The notes below the pieces were generated by a model. The model ran no database searches, was not told the DNA's origin, and saw only the letters and a list, made by a program, of their open reading frames with translations. This document shows positions 13,031 through 25,825 of a DNA stretch of 64,000 bases, in pieces; the first letter of the stretch is position 1; the number at the start of each line of letters is the position of its first letter. The position numbers and the translations under genes were made by a program. The DNA is from Malacoraja senta (Eukaryota), in NCBI GenBank assembly GCA_038087875.1, contig CM075977.1, forward strand, positions 187,984,001 to 188,048,000, written 5' to 3'.

Positions 13031-13629
13031 TATTATTTCGATGATGGAGTTAATTTCTGAATTGTGTGTTCCTCGAGGGTTGTTGTAAAAAGTACTGGAG
13101 CATTAAATAACTCCACTCTGATGTTTGCTCTCATTGAAATGTGGATGATGAGTTGTCTGCGAGTGATGAATGACTTCCTGCAGTGGTTGAATACAGAATA
13201 AACAATAGGCAAATTGAAAATTTTGATGTAAGTCATTGAAGGGTTACATCAAAAAGCACTTTGTCATTCAAATAGACCTCCCACTTGTCAGCAATCTGCT
13301 CTGTAATAAGAGCTGTGTTCCTTCTCAATTGTCCAGGAAGGGCAATGTTCAATGACATTTGTGTGTGCCATATGTGTTTCCATCTTGAATTGCTCGAAAA
13401 AGCTCAGGATTAAATCAAATCAATTTAGGTCAGGTCAAGGTTATCATCATGCATACGTAAGTTGAGGTATAATGAAAATCATGCTTGCAGCAGTATCAAA
13501 GGCACATGGACTCAGATCACACACAGAAACATAAACTGTACATAAATTACACATAAGTTGTACAAGCCAGTGAAAAAACTGTGCAAAAAAAACAAATCAG
13601 AAATCAATTTGTTGTTTTTTTATTAGAAT

Positions 13630-14132
13630 CCAAGAAGGCTCCCAAGATGTGCATGCAGAGGTGAATGAAGAAAGACTCAGCAGACCGCCGCAGAGGAAGA
13701 GCTGGGGGGGGGTGCTTACAGCCACATGCAGTGCAGGCCGGGCTCACTGCCATGAACTAAGACCCAGCGAGCCGCTGCCTGCAGGGGGAGAGATTGGAAG
13801 CTGCCGAGCTCAGCCCCGAACACCGGAGAGCTGAGGTGGAGGGAGCCTCTAGCCGGAAGGAGAGGGACCAGGGTATTGCCTCCAGTGCCTTCATGGTCAT
13901 CTGCAGGAGGCATCCCTGGGACACAAAGGTGGTCAGGCGAGGAGAGGTACATTGGTTAAAGGGCAGTGGATTGGGGCCTTGTCGGATCTGGACGTGCTCC
14001 TGTATATTGAGCACGTGGACCGGACTTGGGACTTTGGACTAAATGGCATCAAAATATGGTAACTCATGCTTGTTTGAACAGAATTTCACTATGCAGTGCA
14101 TACGTGATAATAAAGAATCATTGTACCATTGA
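13630..14132 (+). mobile_element. GC-rich non-coding retroposon with Rex1/L2-type 3' tail
   Basis: GC-rich body ending in GAATTTCACTATGC..ACGTGATAATAAA and a CATTG repeat. Confidence 0.5.
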
Positions 14133-14607
14133 GGTTTATGATAGTGCAAGAAGAGGTCTGTAGAGTTTTGTTGTGAGATAGGATTATGGTTTGTGCAGGT
14201 CTTTGAGCTTGGGCAGAAGTTATCAACAGTTATTCAAGAACCTAATGGTTGTAGGAAACTCTTATCTGTCCATCTGTTGCTGCCGCTCCTCTGGCTGCCA
14301 ATTTCTGCTTTAAAAGGTCAGAATGTGAGTAGACAGTTCTCCTGCAAGCTGCCTGCAAAACGTCACCTCTCTCCAGCACCATTATATATAATCCCTGTTG
14401 ATAACTTCTGCCCATGCTCAAAGGCAATGCATGATGTGGCCTACATGTGCCTCAGTTGGTGAAGTTTCTTCCGCTTTTTGCTTTGTTTTACCAGTATGGT
14501 GCTCCTTGTGCACCTCTGTTTGATCGAACCCGGGTCTCTGGCACTGTGAGGCAGCAGCCAACCAGCTGTGCTGCTGTGCTGCTGATAGTGAAATGAATGA
14601 GGAATAA

Positions 14608-15110
14608 GATATACACAAAAGGCTGGAGTGACTCAGTGGGACAGGCAGCATCTTTGCAGAGAAGGAATGGGTGATCTCTCGGGTCAAGACTCTTCTTCGG
14701 ACTAGTCGGGGGGAAAGGGAAACGAGAGATATAGACAGTGATGTGGAGAGATAAAAAACAATGAATGAAAGATATGCAAAAGTAACGATGATAAAGGAAA
14801 CAGGCCATTGTTAGCTGTTTATTGGGTGAAAACGAGAAGCAGATGTGACTTGGGTGGGGGAGGGATGGAGAGAGAGGGAATGCCGGGGTTACTTGAAGTT
14901 AGAGAAATCCATATTCATACCACTGGGCTGTAAGCTGCCGAAGCGAAATATGAGATGCTGTTCCTCCAATTTGCATTTAGCCTCACTCTGACAATGGAGG
15001 AGACCAAGGACAGCAAGGTCAGTGTGTGAATGGGAAGCAGAATTAAAGTATTTAGCAACCGGGAGGTAAGGTAGGTCCAGGCGAACTGAGCGAAGGTGAA
15101 CAACCGGGCG
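14608..15110 (-). mobile_element. Penelope-like element 3' end (GIY-YIG C-terminus and terminal repeat)
   Basis: Reverse strand encodes VAKYFNSASHSHTDLAVLGLLHCQSEAKCKLEEQHLIFR, homologous to 62630-62745, followed by the terminal repeat with a degenerate hammerhead core. Confidence 0.8.
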
Positions 15111-15214
15111 ATCAGGGGTGCATTTCTAATGGGGCAGAGAGAACAAGTTCAAAACTTGTATAGAAAATGAACTGAAAGAGCAGTGAACCGTTGGAAAGGT
15201 TGTTGTAGATTCTA

Positions 15215-15535
15215 GTTGGGGAGTCTAGTACCAGGGTCCACAGTTTAAGAATAAGGGGTAAGCCATTTAGAACGGAGATGAGGAAAAAATTTTCACACAG
15301 AGGGTTGTGAATCTGTGGAATATTCTGCCTCAGAAGGCAGTGGAGGCCAATTCTTTGGATGCTTTCAAGAGAGAATTAGGTAGAGCTCTTAAAGATAGTG
15401 GAGTCCGGGGATATGGGGAGAAGGCAGGAGGAACAGGGTTCTGATTGTGGATGATCAACCATGATCACTGTGAATGGCGATGCTGGCTCGAAAGGCCGAA
15501 TAGCCTACTCCTGCACCTATTGTCTATTGTCTATA
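15215..15535 (+). mobile_element. CR1 3' fragment
   Basis: SRTRG-like and FFTQRVVNLWN-like coding remnants, 3'UTR and (CTATTGT)n tail. Confidence 0.85.
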
Positions 15536-16151
15536 GTACACAGACACTTTGGTGAAATAGTTGAATACATGGGATTCTATACAACAATGCTGAAAAGTGA
15601 GAGTTAATACATGTTACTGGAAGGATGTGGAGAGAGAATACAAGCTGAATACTATAATTTTAAATCAAATACAGAAATAGAGAAGATTCATCATCTTTGT
15701 GTGTAAGGCATTTGAAAGGACCAAGGGATAAATCAGTTAATAAAGGTATCTCCCAGCATTTCAAATTAGAGTCATGGACCAAGAAATTCATTAGCACAAC
15801 TCAGAACAGAGCAATTTTCATGGTATCGCAGCCCCAGGGTAAAATTCAACACCTAACCTTTTTGGATGGTAGTCAATCTTCTCAGCATGATTGTAATGGC
15901 TTTAAACTTCCCCAAGTAACATCAATAGCAGTGTATTTTGCAAAATCTGCCTCCAAATTTTCAACCTCACTCATACAATAACTCAATTTCCCCTGAGACC
16001 ATTCTCTATAACAACCAACATACAAACTGTAATCTTTGCCTTTACTGAAACCTGTGACCTCCTCCATCCCCAAAACTACCTCACATGTCACAACTGCTTT
16101 GGAATTCAGGAGCACAGTCACTTTCTGTTTCCTAGTCTCAGGATCAATGCC

Positions 16152-16378
16152 ATACCATATAACCATATAACCATCACAGCACGGAAACAGGCCATCTCGG
16201 CCCTTCAAGTCCGTGCCGAACATTTTTTTTTATTTTTAACTTCCCCCTAGTCCCATCTACCTGCACTCAGACCATAACCCTCCATTCCTTTCCCGTCCAT
16301 ATACCCATCCAATCTATTTTTAAAGGATAAAATCGAACCAACCTCCACCACTTCCACTGGAAGCTCATTCCACACAGC
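16152..16378 (-). mobile_element. CR1 3' fragment (ATATGGTT tail subfamily)
   Basis: (AACCATAT)n tail, then GCACGGAAACAGGCC...GGAAGCTCATTCCACACA. Confidence 0.7.
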
Positions 16379-17557
16379 ACACCTTTCAGTTTGCTGCTGA
16401 ATGCTGCATTACAAATGATCATTGTCAAGGAGACACCATTGACTTTCCCACAGCGGTGGATAGAATGAGCACAGACATTTGTCTACAATGCAGGTTTCTC
16501 TGATGTAGGCATTGATCAACTGTATTCATTTCCTTCTCATGACCTCTTTGACAAGCTCCTGCCAGGAGCACCTGGATGTGACTATGGAGAGTCTTTGTGG
16601 CCTCTCACACTATAAACATGCATCCTGTTGGTGCTATTCTTCTCCAGCCAAACAGTTGCCACTGTCTCCTACATTCTATCATTGCAGCTTCTTGTCCTTC
16701 ACTGGAAGAGTGTTGTTTGCATTGTGCTATGTCCTTTAGGAGCAGCATAAAATACATCAGTACGGATGAATGCTGAAAGATGCAACGGATCAATGGAGAA
16801 CATTGCTCTGAAACTAACCAAGTGTGGCTTGAGCAGAGGAATTAAACAGGAATGTTTTGGGAATAAGAAAGATCTTGTCATTTATGCAATTTTCACAAAC
16901 ATTGTTATGGTGTTCCTGAACTTTGTTTTAACACCATTAAAAGTAAAACAATTTCTGGTGGAGAGAAAGTTATGTTAAAACTATTTAAAAACTGTTAAAC
17001 TCTTGCTGGAGTACATTGTATATAATTCCAGACTTCATCATTTAGAAAAGGCAATAGATTTTGAGATTCTACAAGAGAGATTTTGTGATGCAGGATAGCA
17101 TGATTGAAAAGTACTTTCCCTCCACAGAGAAGAGAATGCTTGGAGGAGATATGGCAGAGCTGATCAAAACAATAAAGTGCTTTAGATAAAGTAAATAAAG
17201 GGCAACTATTTCCATTTCTGGAAGTCAATGAAACCAAAAGAAATAGGTTCAAAGTGATTGGCAAAAAAACGGACATAACATAAGGGAGTTTCTTGTCCCC
17301 AGAATGGATAGTTAGCATTTAGAAAGTAATGCATGACAGGATGCTGTAAATAGAGTCAATAGCAGCCTTTAAACAGAAATACTGTAGATGCATACCTGCA
17401 GGAGACAAACGTTTAGGAATAGGAAGAAAGAATGGAAATAGATTGCACTTTGGGGAAAAAAACAACACAGACTGGATGGGTTGAATGATCTGCTGTTAAT
17501 CAATAAGATTCTCTGCTTCTCATTTTCCATTATTTTACAGATATTTAACAAAAAATA

Positions 17558-17868
17558 TGGTGGGCGCCGTGGAGCAGCGGTAGAATTGCTGCATTACAGC
17601 ACCAGAGACCCAGGTTTGATCCTGACAATGGGTGCTATCTGTATGGAGTTTGTACATTCTCCCTGTGACTGTATGGGTTTTCTTTGGGTGCCCTGGTTTC
17701 CTGCCACACTCCAAAGACCTATAGGTTTGTAGGTTTATTGGCTTTGGTATATAATGTAAAATTGTCTCTAGTGTGTAAGATAGTGTTAATGTGCAGCGTG
17801 ACTGCTGGTCAGTGCAGACTTGGTGGGCTGAAGAGCCTGTTTCCGCGCTGTTTCTCTGAAGTCTAAAT
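17558..17868 (+). mobile_element. V-SINE (HE1-like)
   Basis: A/B-box-like motifs, V-domain and CR1-type 3' end. Confidence 0.85.
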
Positions 17869-18196
17869 CCATAAGATATGGAGCCAAGGCCAGGAGAATA
17901 TCCCTCAGTGGGTAAAATGCATTCATCATATATCATAATTAACTTTAATGCTCTTGTGCTTTACTCATTCTCCTGTAAACATGTCATTTCTGCGAGTTAC
18001 AGAAAATGGTCTGACCATTTACACCCATACATTAAACTTGAACAACCTGATGTATCTGTGCCATCTCTTTGAAAGAGCTGTCTGACTGGTCTCAAATCTC
18101 ATTTGCACTCATCTTCTCCGATTCCTTCCTTGCAGCTTCCAAAGTACATTACAAGACATTTAGTCAGCTAATTCATTGACTGCTGTAAATTGCCTC

Positions 18197-18510
18197 TAGT
18201 TTAGTTTAGTACAGAGATTGAGCATGGAAAGAGGCGATTCGGCCGACTGAGTTGACACTGGCAATTGATCACATGTTCGCACTAATTCTATCTTATCTCA
18301 TTTTCTCATCCATTCCATACACATCTGCGGCAATTTTATGTAGGCCATTTAACCTATAAACCCACATGTGGGTGGAAACCTGCATACCCGGTCAAAACAC
18401 ATGCATCACAGGGAGAATATGCAAACTCCACACACAGGATCAGATAGGCCAGGATCGAACCCTGGTCTCTGATGCTGGGGCAGCAGCTCTTTGTCTGCAT
18501 TGTGCCATCC
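18197..18510 (-). mobile_element. V-SINE (older copy)
   Basis: TAGTT tail, GGGAGAATATGCAAACTCCA and GGATCGAACC (B box on the reverse strand). Confidence 0.75.
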
Positions 18511-18667
18511 ATAGTGTGCGAAGGTGAGTGGTCGAATTTGTGATAGTTGACAGGAATGTGAGGGGGAAAATGTGATTATTGTTAGAAGAGTGTAAATTCT
18601 TGATAGCTGGTATGGACGGTGAGCTGAAAGGCTTGTTTACGTGCTGTACAACTCTATAACTCTATAG

Positions 18668-18968
18668 GGTGGCATGGTGGCACAGCGGTGCTGCATAGAG
18701 TTGCTGCCTTACAACGCAGGCAGCAAGCCGGGTTCGATCCCAACTACGGGTGCTGTCTGTATGGAGTTTGTATGTTCTCCCCGTGACTGCGTGGATACTC
18801 AGTTTTCTCCCACACTCCAAAGATATACAGGTTTGTAGGTTGATTGGTTTGGTATAAGTGTAAATTGTGTGTAGGATACTGCTAATAGGCGGGGATTGCT
18901 GGACGGTGGGCCGACGGGTCTGTTTCCGCGCTGTATCTCTAAACTAAATTACAAACTAAACTCTAAAC
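18668..18968 (+). mobile_element. V-SINE (HE1-like)
   Basis: TGGCACAGCGG A box, GGTTCGATCC B box, V-domain and CTAAA tail. Confidence 0.85.
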
Positions 18969-19494
18969 CATTGACTCATCCAAAAAACAATAATAATAAT
19001 AATAGATTAAGTGGAGAGATGAAACAGGTAAAATATTTATTCACAATTTCATGCAATCATGGACTTACATAAAGAGACAGAGGTATTTTGCTTTCCATTC
19101 ATGCCTCGTTAGCTCTTGCTCCTTGGCATTATCATTATCAGGCCGTTCCTGAGAACGTGGCTTCACCTTGGATTGAGATTTAAATTTAGTCTTTTATTGA
19201 CCAGGGCGCAATGAAAAAGGTTCAAACAACAGATGCTCACAGTCAAACTCATTAGCATCATTATCTGCGGCCATAAAATTAGTGCACCTGGTTTCAAATT
19301 GGAGCCGCTGGTCCTTTTGTTGCTCAGCTTCTCAGCCAAAAGTCGGCAGAATACTGTAACACTGAGCAGTTACTTTGGAGAGCTGACCAGCTGCCATTGG
19401 CGGTAGAGCAGTGTACAATGTCTGGCTCTTTGGCTAAGCTTGGTAACAGACCTAAATTCAATGATGCCAACACTGCAAAATCACAATGCAAGAA

Positions 19495-19660
19495 AGAGAA
19501 TTAGCTCTTAGGGCTAAAGGAGTCAAGGGATGTGGGGGAAAAAGCAGTAACGGGGTACTGATTTTAGATGATCAGCCATGATCATATTGTATGGTGGTGC
19601 TGGCTCGAAGGACCGAATGGCCTACTCCTGCACCTATTTTTCTATGTTTCTATGTTTCTA
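19495..19660 (+). mobile_element. CR1 3' end fragment
   Basis: CR1 3'UTR and (TTTCTATG)n tail. Confidence 0.85.
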
Positions 19661-20275
19661 AATCACAAATGTTTTCTGTAGCAGATATCATTGATTTGTG
19701 GATACTTGATTTGTGGATCTCTTTCCTAAAACAGGTGCAATGTTACAATGTCCCCTGGCCCAGGTACCTCAGAGCAGTCAATTGGTAGAGAGTTTGAAGA
19801 AACTTGGGGATATCTGTTAGAGAGGAGGGTACACAAGCAAGAAAAAGGGCGAGTTCATACAAAGGTGGATAGTTGGAAATGTTTCCCCCATAGCAATGAC
19901 ATCTAAAACTAGAGGACATGGGTGTAGGGCAAGAGATTTAACAGGGATCTGAGGAAGATAATTTTCCATCCACTGGTGGTTGGAATCCAGCATGAACTAC
20001 CTTAATGGTTGGTGGAGGCAAATATTCTCTCAATTTTAATCTCATCAATGAATAGAAGGCTATTAATCAAGTGCCAGTAAATGGGAAAGTATAGGTATGT
20101 ACTTGATAGTCAGCATGGAACTGATACTGAAGGGCCTGATTCCATGTTCTCTGACTCTAGGATAATTAGAATAAATGTTGAGTGCAGACAGAACCGGGAG
20201 TACTAGTTCTAAAATCCCTGAAGATGGCAGGGCAGGTAGATAAAATATCTGAGAAGGCATATTGATGTATTCTGC

Positions 20276-20455
20276 GGTACACAAAAATGCTGGAGAAACT
20301 CAGCGAGTGCAGCAGCATCTATGGAGCGAAGGAGATAGGCAACGTTTCAGGCCGAAACCCTTCTTGAGTCTGAAGATGCTGCTGCACCCGCTGAATTTCT
20401 CCAGCATTTTTGTGTACCTTTGATTTTCCAGCATCTGCAGTTCCTTCTTTAACAC
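20276..20455 (+). mobile_element. Penelope-derived palindromic element with a 14-bp TSD
   Basis: Arms GGTACACAAAAATGCTGGAGAAACTCAGC / GCTGAATTTCTCCAGCATTTTTGTGTACC; TTGATGTATTCTGC at both 20262-20275 and 20456-20469. Confidence 0.85.
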
Positions 20456-21369
20456 TTGATGTATTCTGCCCTGACTTTGAGGCAGAGACTATCGGTCAAG
20501 GCAGGCATGCTACCACAGTTTTAGACCACAGTTGGAACAGTGTCTGCAGTTTTCTTCACATTGCAGGATTTAATAGCACAGGAGATATTTCCATAAAGGT
20601 TTGTTGTGAGTAAAGATTCATATTTTCTCTGGAAGCAAAGAGCTGAAGAGAGATTTAAGGAAGGTCGAAACAGAATAAACAGGAAGATTTTAATTTTTGC
20701 AGCTAAGTGGTCAATGACAAAGGGACATAGATTTAAGATAATAGAATGATTAGAGGGGAATTGAGAAACTGTCCAAAGGTTATTGGGGGAGGAATCTGGA
20801 AATCATTGTGTGAAAGAATAGTGGAGGTAAAAACGCCATTAAAAATGGCCAGAATATCCAATTTTATTTTAACATAACCAAAGAAAAAACAATGCCAGTG
20901 GGATTCATATCTTTCCAGCTAGAATGGCCATAAACATCTGAGGACTTTCTTTGTCCTAATAATTCTGATCTACATTAGTCTTAACCACTTAATGATAAAA
21001 TAACTTGCACCTAAGATTGTTTTCATCACATCAATCTACTGAAGTACTTCAGGATTGATGAGATATTTTCTAAAGTACGATCACAAATAGAAGGAGTCAA
21101 TTAAATTGCACACAGCCATAAGGTAATGACTAAGCAACAGCTGTTTTTTTGCTGAGGGGTACTATCCAAACTCAGTCCAGAACCTGTGCTGGAATGAGTA
21201 TGCTTTGCTTTCTAATTTTGCTGCTAATATGGGATAACACTGTAAAAAAAACTGTCAAATAAACAGCAAAATCCAGTGATAAATATCAATCCAAAATGTG
21301 CGGAAAATGTAGCTGTTCTTCAAAACACAGCTCAAGGACCCTTTAATCGGGAGCTTTGCTTTACAGTTA

Positions 21370-22471
21370 AGGGCCTGTCCCACTTAGGCAAACTTTTAGG
21401 CAAGTGCAGGAAACTCTGTGCTCGCCTCATGATTGCCACATGGTCGCCACATGTTCACTGGTGGTCTCTGGTGAGTCTCCTTCATGGTCGGGAGGAGTTC
21501 CCGCATTCTGGGAACTATTCGCGGCCTCAGTATGGTTGCCGCAAATTTGTCAACGTTGAAAAATTTCCGCAACCAAAAATTGGTCGCCATGGAGGAAATC
21601 AATAATCCTGTAGTCGTAGGTACAGTTGTAGTGGGGTCGCCATGTAGTTATGGATAGTCGAGGTAGTCGTAGGTAGTTTTAGTTAATCGCCTTTGCTGAC
21701 CGGGCATTTTCATTGGCTCATTGGGGAAATATAACGTAAGCACGAGTTTTCAGAACCAAGGATAACCGACCGGTAATGTTAAATGCCCGCCAAACTTCAC
21801 AGCTGTGTATCTCTGGCTTATTAAAAGTTGTCTGGCTTCCTAAAAATGTCTCCACTCCTTCTCCCCACCCACCCCCCCCCCTTCTCCCCTCCACCCTCTT
21901 TTAAAGGACTTACCGTACACTGTGCTAGCTGTCTTAACCTTCCTGTTCATCGCACTGTGTGTCTGTATTACCTTGGCTTTGCACCGTGTGAATTTCAGAC
22001 AGCGCTCCCCCGCTTGCCCTGGCACNNNNNNNNNNNNNNNNNNNNNNNNNNNNNNNNNNNNNNNNNNNNNNNNNNNNNNNNNNNNNNNNNNNNNNNNNNN
22101 NNNNNNNNNNNNNNNNNNNNNNNNNNNNNNNNNNNNNNNNNNNNNNNNNNNNNNNNNNNNNNNNNNNNNNNNNNNNNNNNNNNNNNNNNNNNNNNNNNNN
22201 NNNNNNNNNNNNNNNNNNNNNNNNNNNNNNNNNNNNNNNNNNNNNNNNNNNNNNNNNNNNNNNNNNNNNNNNNNNNNNNNNNNNNNNNNNNNNNNNNNNN
22301 NNNNNNNNNNNNNNNNNNNNNNNNNNNNNNNNNNNNNNNNNNNNNNNNNNNNNNNNNNNNNNNNNNNNNNNNNNNNNNNNNNNGTTCTAGTTCCCGGTTT
22401 TTCAGGCGAGTGCCGCGAACTTGACAGTCGCCGGTAGTCCGCTGAAAAATCGCCTAAGTGGGACAGGCCCT
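21370..22471. mobile_element. Non-autonomous TIR DNA transposon, inverted copy of 5870-6666 (contains an N gap)
   Basis: TIRs AGGGCCTGTCCCACTTAGGC / GCCTAAGTGGGACAGGCCCT; internal sequence is the reverse complement of 5870-6666. Confidence 0.88.
22026..22383. other. N gap (others at 26815-27014, 27073-27285 and 43983-44156)
   Basis: Runs of N; ORFs spanning them are artefacts. Confidence 1.
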
Positions 22472-23766
22472 TAACTCTGTATCACTTCCTAATGAGCAGT
22501 AGTTTCTCTCTATGGCATTGTAATGTCCAGCTGGTCTTTACACTCAAGTCTTTGTCCTTAGACTTGAAACCTCATCCCTTCTAATTCAGCAGTAAGTCTG
22601 CTATCATTAAGCTATGACTGACATTTGGGACTGATTGAGCACTTAATTATATATTTATTGAGCGAAATGCCACACACAAATGAAATCATAAATTAACAGC
22701 ACCCATTAATTGTGTGAATTTATCTTACTGATGAATTACAGTGCCCAAAATATATACTGCCTTTTCATTTCATGCAATATTGCAGAATTATCATGAACTT
22801 TTTAGGCAGTTCCGTGGTGTTGCGAATGACTTGCAGTCTCTCTACTTCTGAGAGTGGAAGATGTCTATGTGTTAAATAGAGTCGATGTTGCAAGCCACCT
22901 ACCACTCAAGCATGACTGAGTGTGGTCTTGGTCCAATGACGAGAGGTCCAAAATGGTTGGAGATTTAGCAGACATGTACATTCATGGACACACACACATC
23001 ATTCATTTTTTTTCTCTCTCTCACTCTCTCTCCCTCTCTCCCTCTCTCCCTCTCTCCCTCTCTCCCTCCCTCCCCTTCAAATCACACACCCACCCCAATA
23101 ACTCCCCCAAGTACACAAAATGGCTGATAAAATGCATATTGAAGGACACAAACACATAGGATCACATCCTTTTCCTGGCTTTGTTGAGTGGTCTGACGGT
23201 ACTATTTTATTGAGCTCTGCAATGCTGGAAGTTGCATATGGCATTCCAAGGGATTATTTAGTGACTATTATCATGGCAATCTGTACGGTGAAGGCTTATG
23301 CGAATGCGAACAACTTTGATTGTAAAAGGCTTCATTGCCAAACATTCACTCCAGATTTTCATGCTAATGACATCTGCTACCCAGATGTCCTCTCAACAGA
23401 CAGTTGTCCATAATTACCTCAGTTTCACCTATTCCTACCACTGTTACACTAGAAGATCATGCACATTAATGGACATAAATGGAAAAAGAGCAAACCTGGC
23501 ACTGTTAATACCCACAACAACTTCACGGAGGTCAAGCGCATATAATTAAAATGGAAGCATTGCACAGTCCATGAACCAGGAATGCAGTGTAGAATTTATT
23601 TTTTGTTATGTCTGGAGGCGGGTTAAATGAAAATTGAAGAATTTTTGCTTTTAGATCAAAACCCAGATGCACTTTTTTTGTGTATCAATGAATGTAAACC
23701 ACATGATAGGAGATATCTTAAGAAAACTTTGGCACCTGTCCATAACCACAATATTTGGGTGACGTA

Positions 23767-24060
23767 TTCATGTTCATAAGTGATTGGAGCAGAATTAGGC
23801 CATTCGACCCATCAAGTCTACACCACCATTCAATCATGGCTGATCCATCTTCCCCTCTCAACCAAATTCTCCTGCCTTCTCCTCATAACCCCTGAAACTC
23901 ATACCAATCAAGAATCTATCTATCTCTGTCTTAAAAATATCCATTGACTTGGCCTCCACAGCCTTCTGTGGCAATTAATTCACAGATTCACCACTCTCAA
24001 ACGAAATAAATTGTTCCTTATCTCCTTTCTAAAGGAATGCCCTTTAATTCTGAGGCTATG
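23767..24060 (-). mobile_element. CR1 3' fragment
   Basis: GGAGCAGAATTAGGCCATTCG..CCATTCAATCATGGCTGATC..GGCCTCCACAGCCTTCTGTGG. Confidence 0.8.
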
Positions 24061-24439
24061 ATCAGTGATATTGTTGTGTTTACTGCCCTGATCTGCAAAC
24101 TGAATGCCTCATTTGGTTCTGGAATATTTACATATGAGACTGTTCCTGTTCACACAAACCGTCTTCATTATATTTAACAAATACCATGACATTCCTGCTT
24201 CGCCACCACAGGACTCCAGGAAAACGGGAGTGCAAATTGGATTACTAGATTTTGCAGCTCTGGATGACAAGAATAGGCAGCTAAAGCTTGTTGAGAAATG
24301 TGAGTAGTCCCACAGTAGTTCTCTGGGTGGCCAATGTCTATGAACTCCATGAGTTCATATCGAAACGCAAAAATCCCAAACATGTTGACAGATTGTAATG
24401 GGTAAATCTGTCAGTGGGTTTCATCACTGCAAGGGATAA

Positions 24440-25400
24440 AAGAGAAAGGCAGTGAGTCAATTCAGTCAAAAAGGCAAAAGAAGCATATGTAAGATTTAGG
24501 AAAATAAAATCAGACAGTTCCTTCAAGGAATATAAAGAAAGCAGGAAAGAACAAGTAGGGAATTTGTTAGGCCAAAGAGGGCATGGAATGTCCTTGCTAA
24601 ACAGGATTGAAGAGAATCTTTCAGGCACTTTATACATACTTTGAAAACAAGAGGGCAAGTGTCAAATGTTGCACTTTGGATGTGACAATAGAGTTACAGT
24701 AATTGCAGGACCCTTAATAGCACTGAAGAACAGAGGGATCTTGGATCTTGTTGAAGTCCATTACTCCCTGACAGTAGCAACAGATAGAGTGGTAACAAGG
24801 TGTGTGATATGCCCAGAGCATTGAGTATAAGAGTCAGGAAGTGATATTGTAGCTTTATAAAAGTTTGCTTTGGCCACGTTTAGAGTATTGTGTGCAGTTT
24901 TGGTTGTCCCATTGCAGGTAGCACATGGAGGCTTTGGAGTAGAGGTTTACCAGAATGCTGTTTGAATTTGAAGCTATTGGTTATAAGGAGGGCCTGGACA
25001 ATTGTGGCTTCTTTAAACTCTCCTCACTTGAAGAGAGACCTGATGGAAGTTTATAAAATTGTGAAAGGCTTAGATTGGGCAAACAATCAAAATTAATTTC
25101 CCAGGGTGGTAGGTCAAATATAATTGACGTAGCTTTGAGGTAGAGGGAAAACATTTAAAGAGATGAGCAGTATGTTGTTTTTCTGGGTGCTGGGTGCTTG
25201 GAACACTGTCAAAAATCATGGTGAAAGCAGATACAATAGTGGCATTTAAGAGACTTTTAGATAGGCAAATGAATGTGCAGGAAATGAGGGCTATGGGTCA
25301 CCTACAAATAGAAGGGATCAGTTTAATTTAGCATCATGTTCCACACAAGCATCATTGTCCAAAAGTCTGTTTCTGTGCTGTGCTGTTCCTTGCTGTAGGT
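24440..25400 (+). mobile_element. Old, heavily decayed CR1 ORF2 and 3' end
   Basis: Remnants such as GGCCACGTTTAGAGTATTGTGTGCAGTTTTGG (PHLEYCVQFW-like) and RDLMEVYKIVKGLD. Confidence 0.7.
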
Positions 25401-25544
25401 TCTATGTGGTTAGCGTAATAAAGTGATGGTCAGCCATGACTATACTGAATAGCAGAACAGACACAAGAGGCGCAATGGCGTACTCCCAGATCTATCACTG
25501 TATATCCAAACAATACAATGGGCTCCACTTAATAACAGCCAGCT

Positions 25545-25825
25545 CACAGCTCTGCACAAGACCGCAAAAAATTGCAGAGGGTAATATATGCCGCCCAGTG
25601 CATCACAGACCAGACTTCCCACCATTGATTCCACCTACACTTCACAGCTTCGGGAAAATTAGCAAACATAATCACATATTCTGCACCTCCCCTTTTGCCC
25701 TAGCCATTGCATTTGAGTTTGACTTAATTTTATTTTTGTATAGTATTATCTGATCTGATTGGATAGCCTGCAAAACCACGCCTTTCACTGTACCTCGGTA
25801 CACGTGGCAATAATATACCAAAACC
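25545..25825 (+). mobile_element. Rex1/Babar-type LINE 3' fragment (old)
   Basis: Similar to 30730-30800 (RKKLQRV..AQCIT) with a TTTCACTGTACCTCGGTACACGTGGCAATAA tail. Confidence 0.6.

Noticed and set aside
19340-19450. Minus-strand peptide HCSTANGSWSALQSNC resembling a Sushi/CCP motif
   Set aside because: A stop follows soon after, splice sites are weak and there are no partner exons; probably chance.
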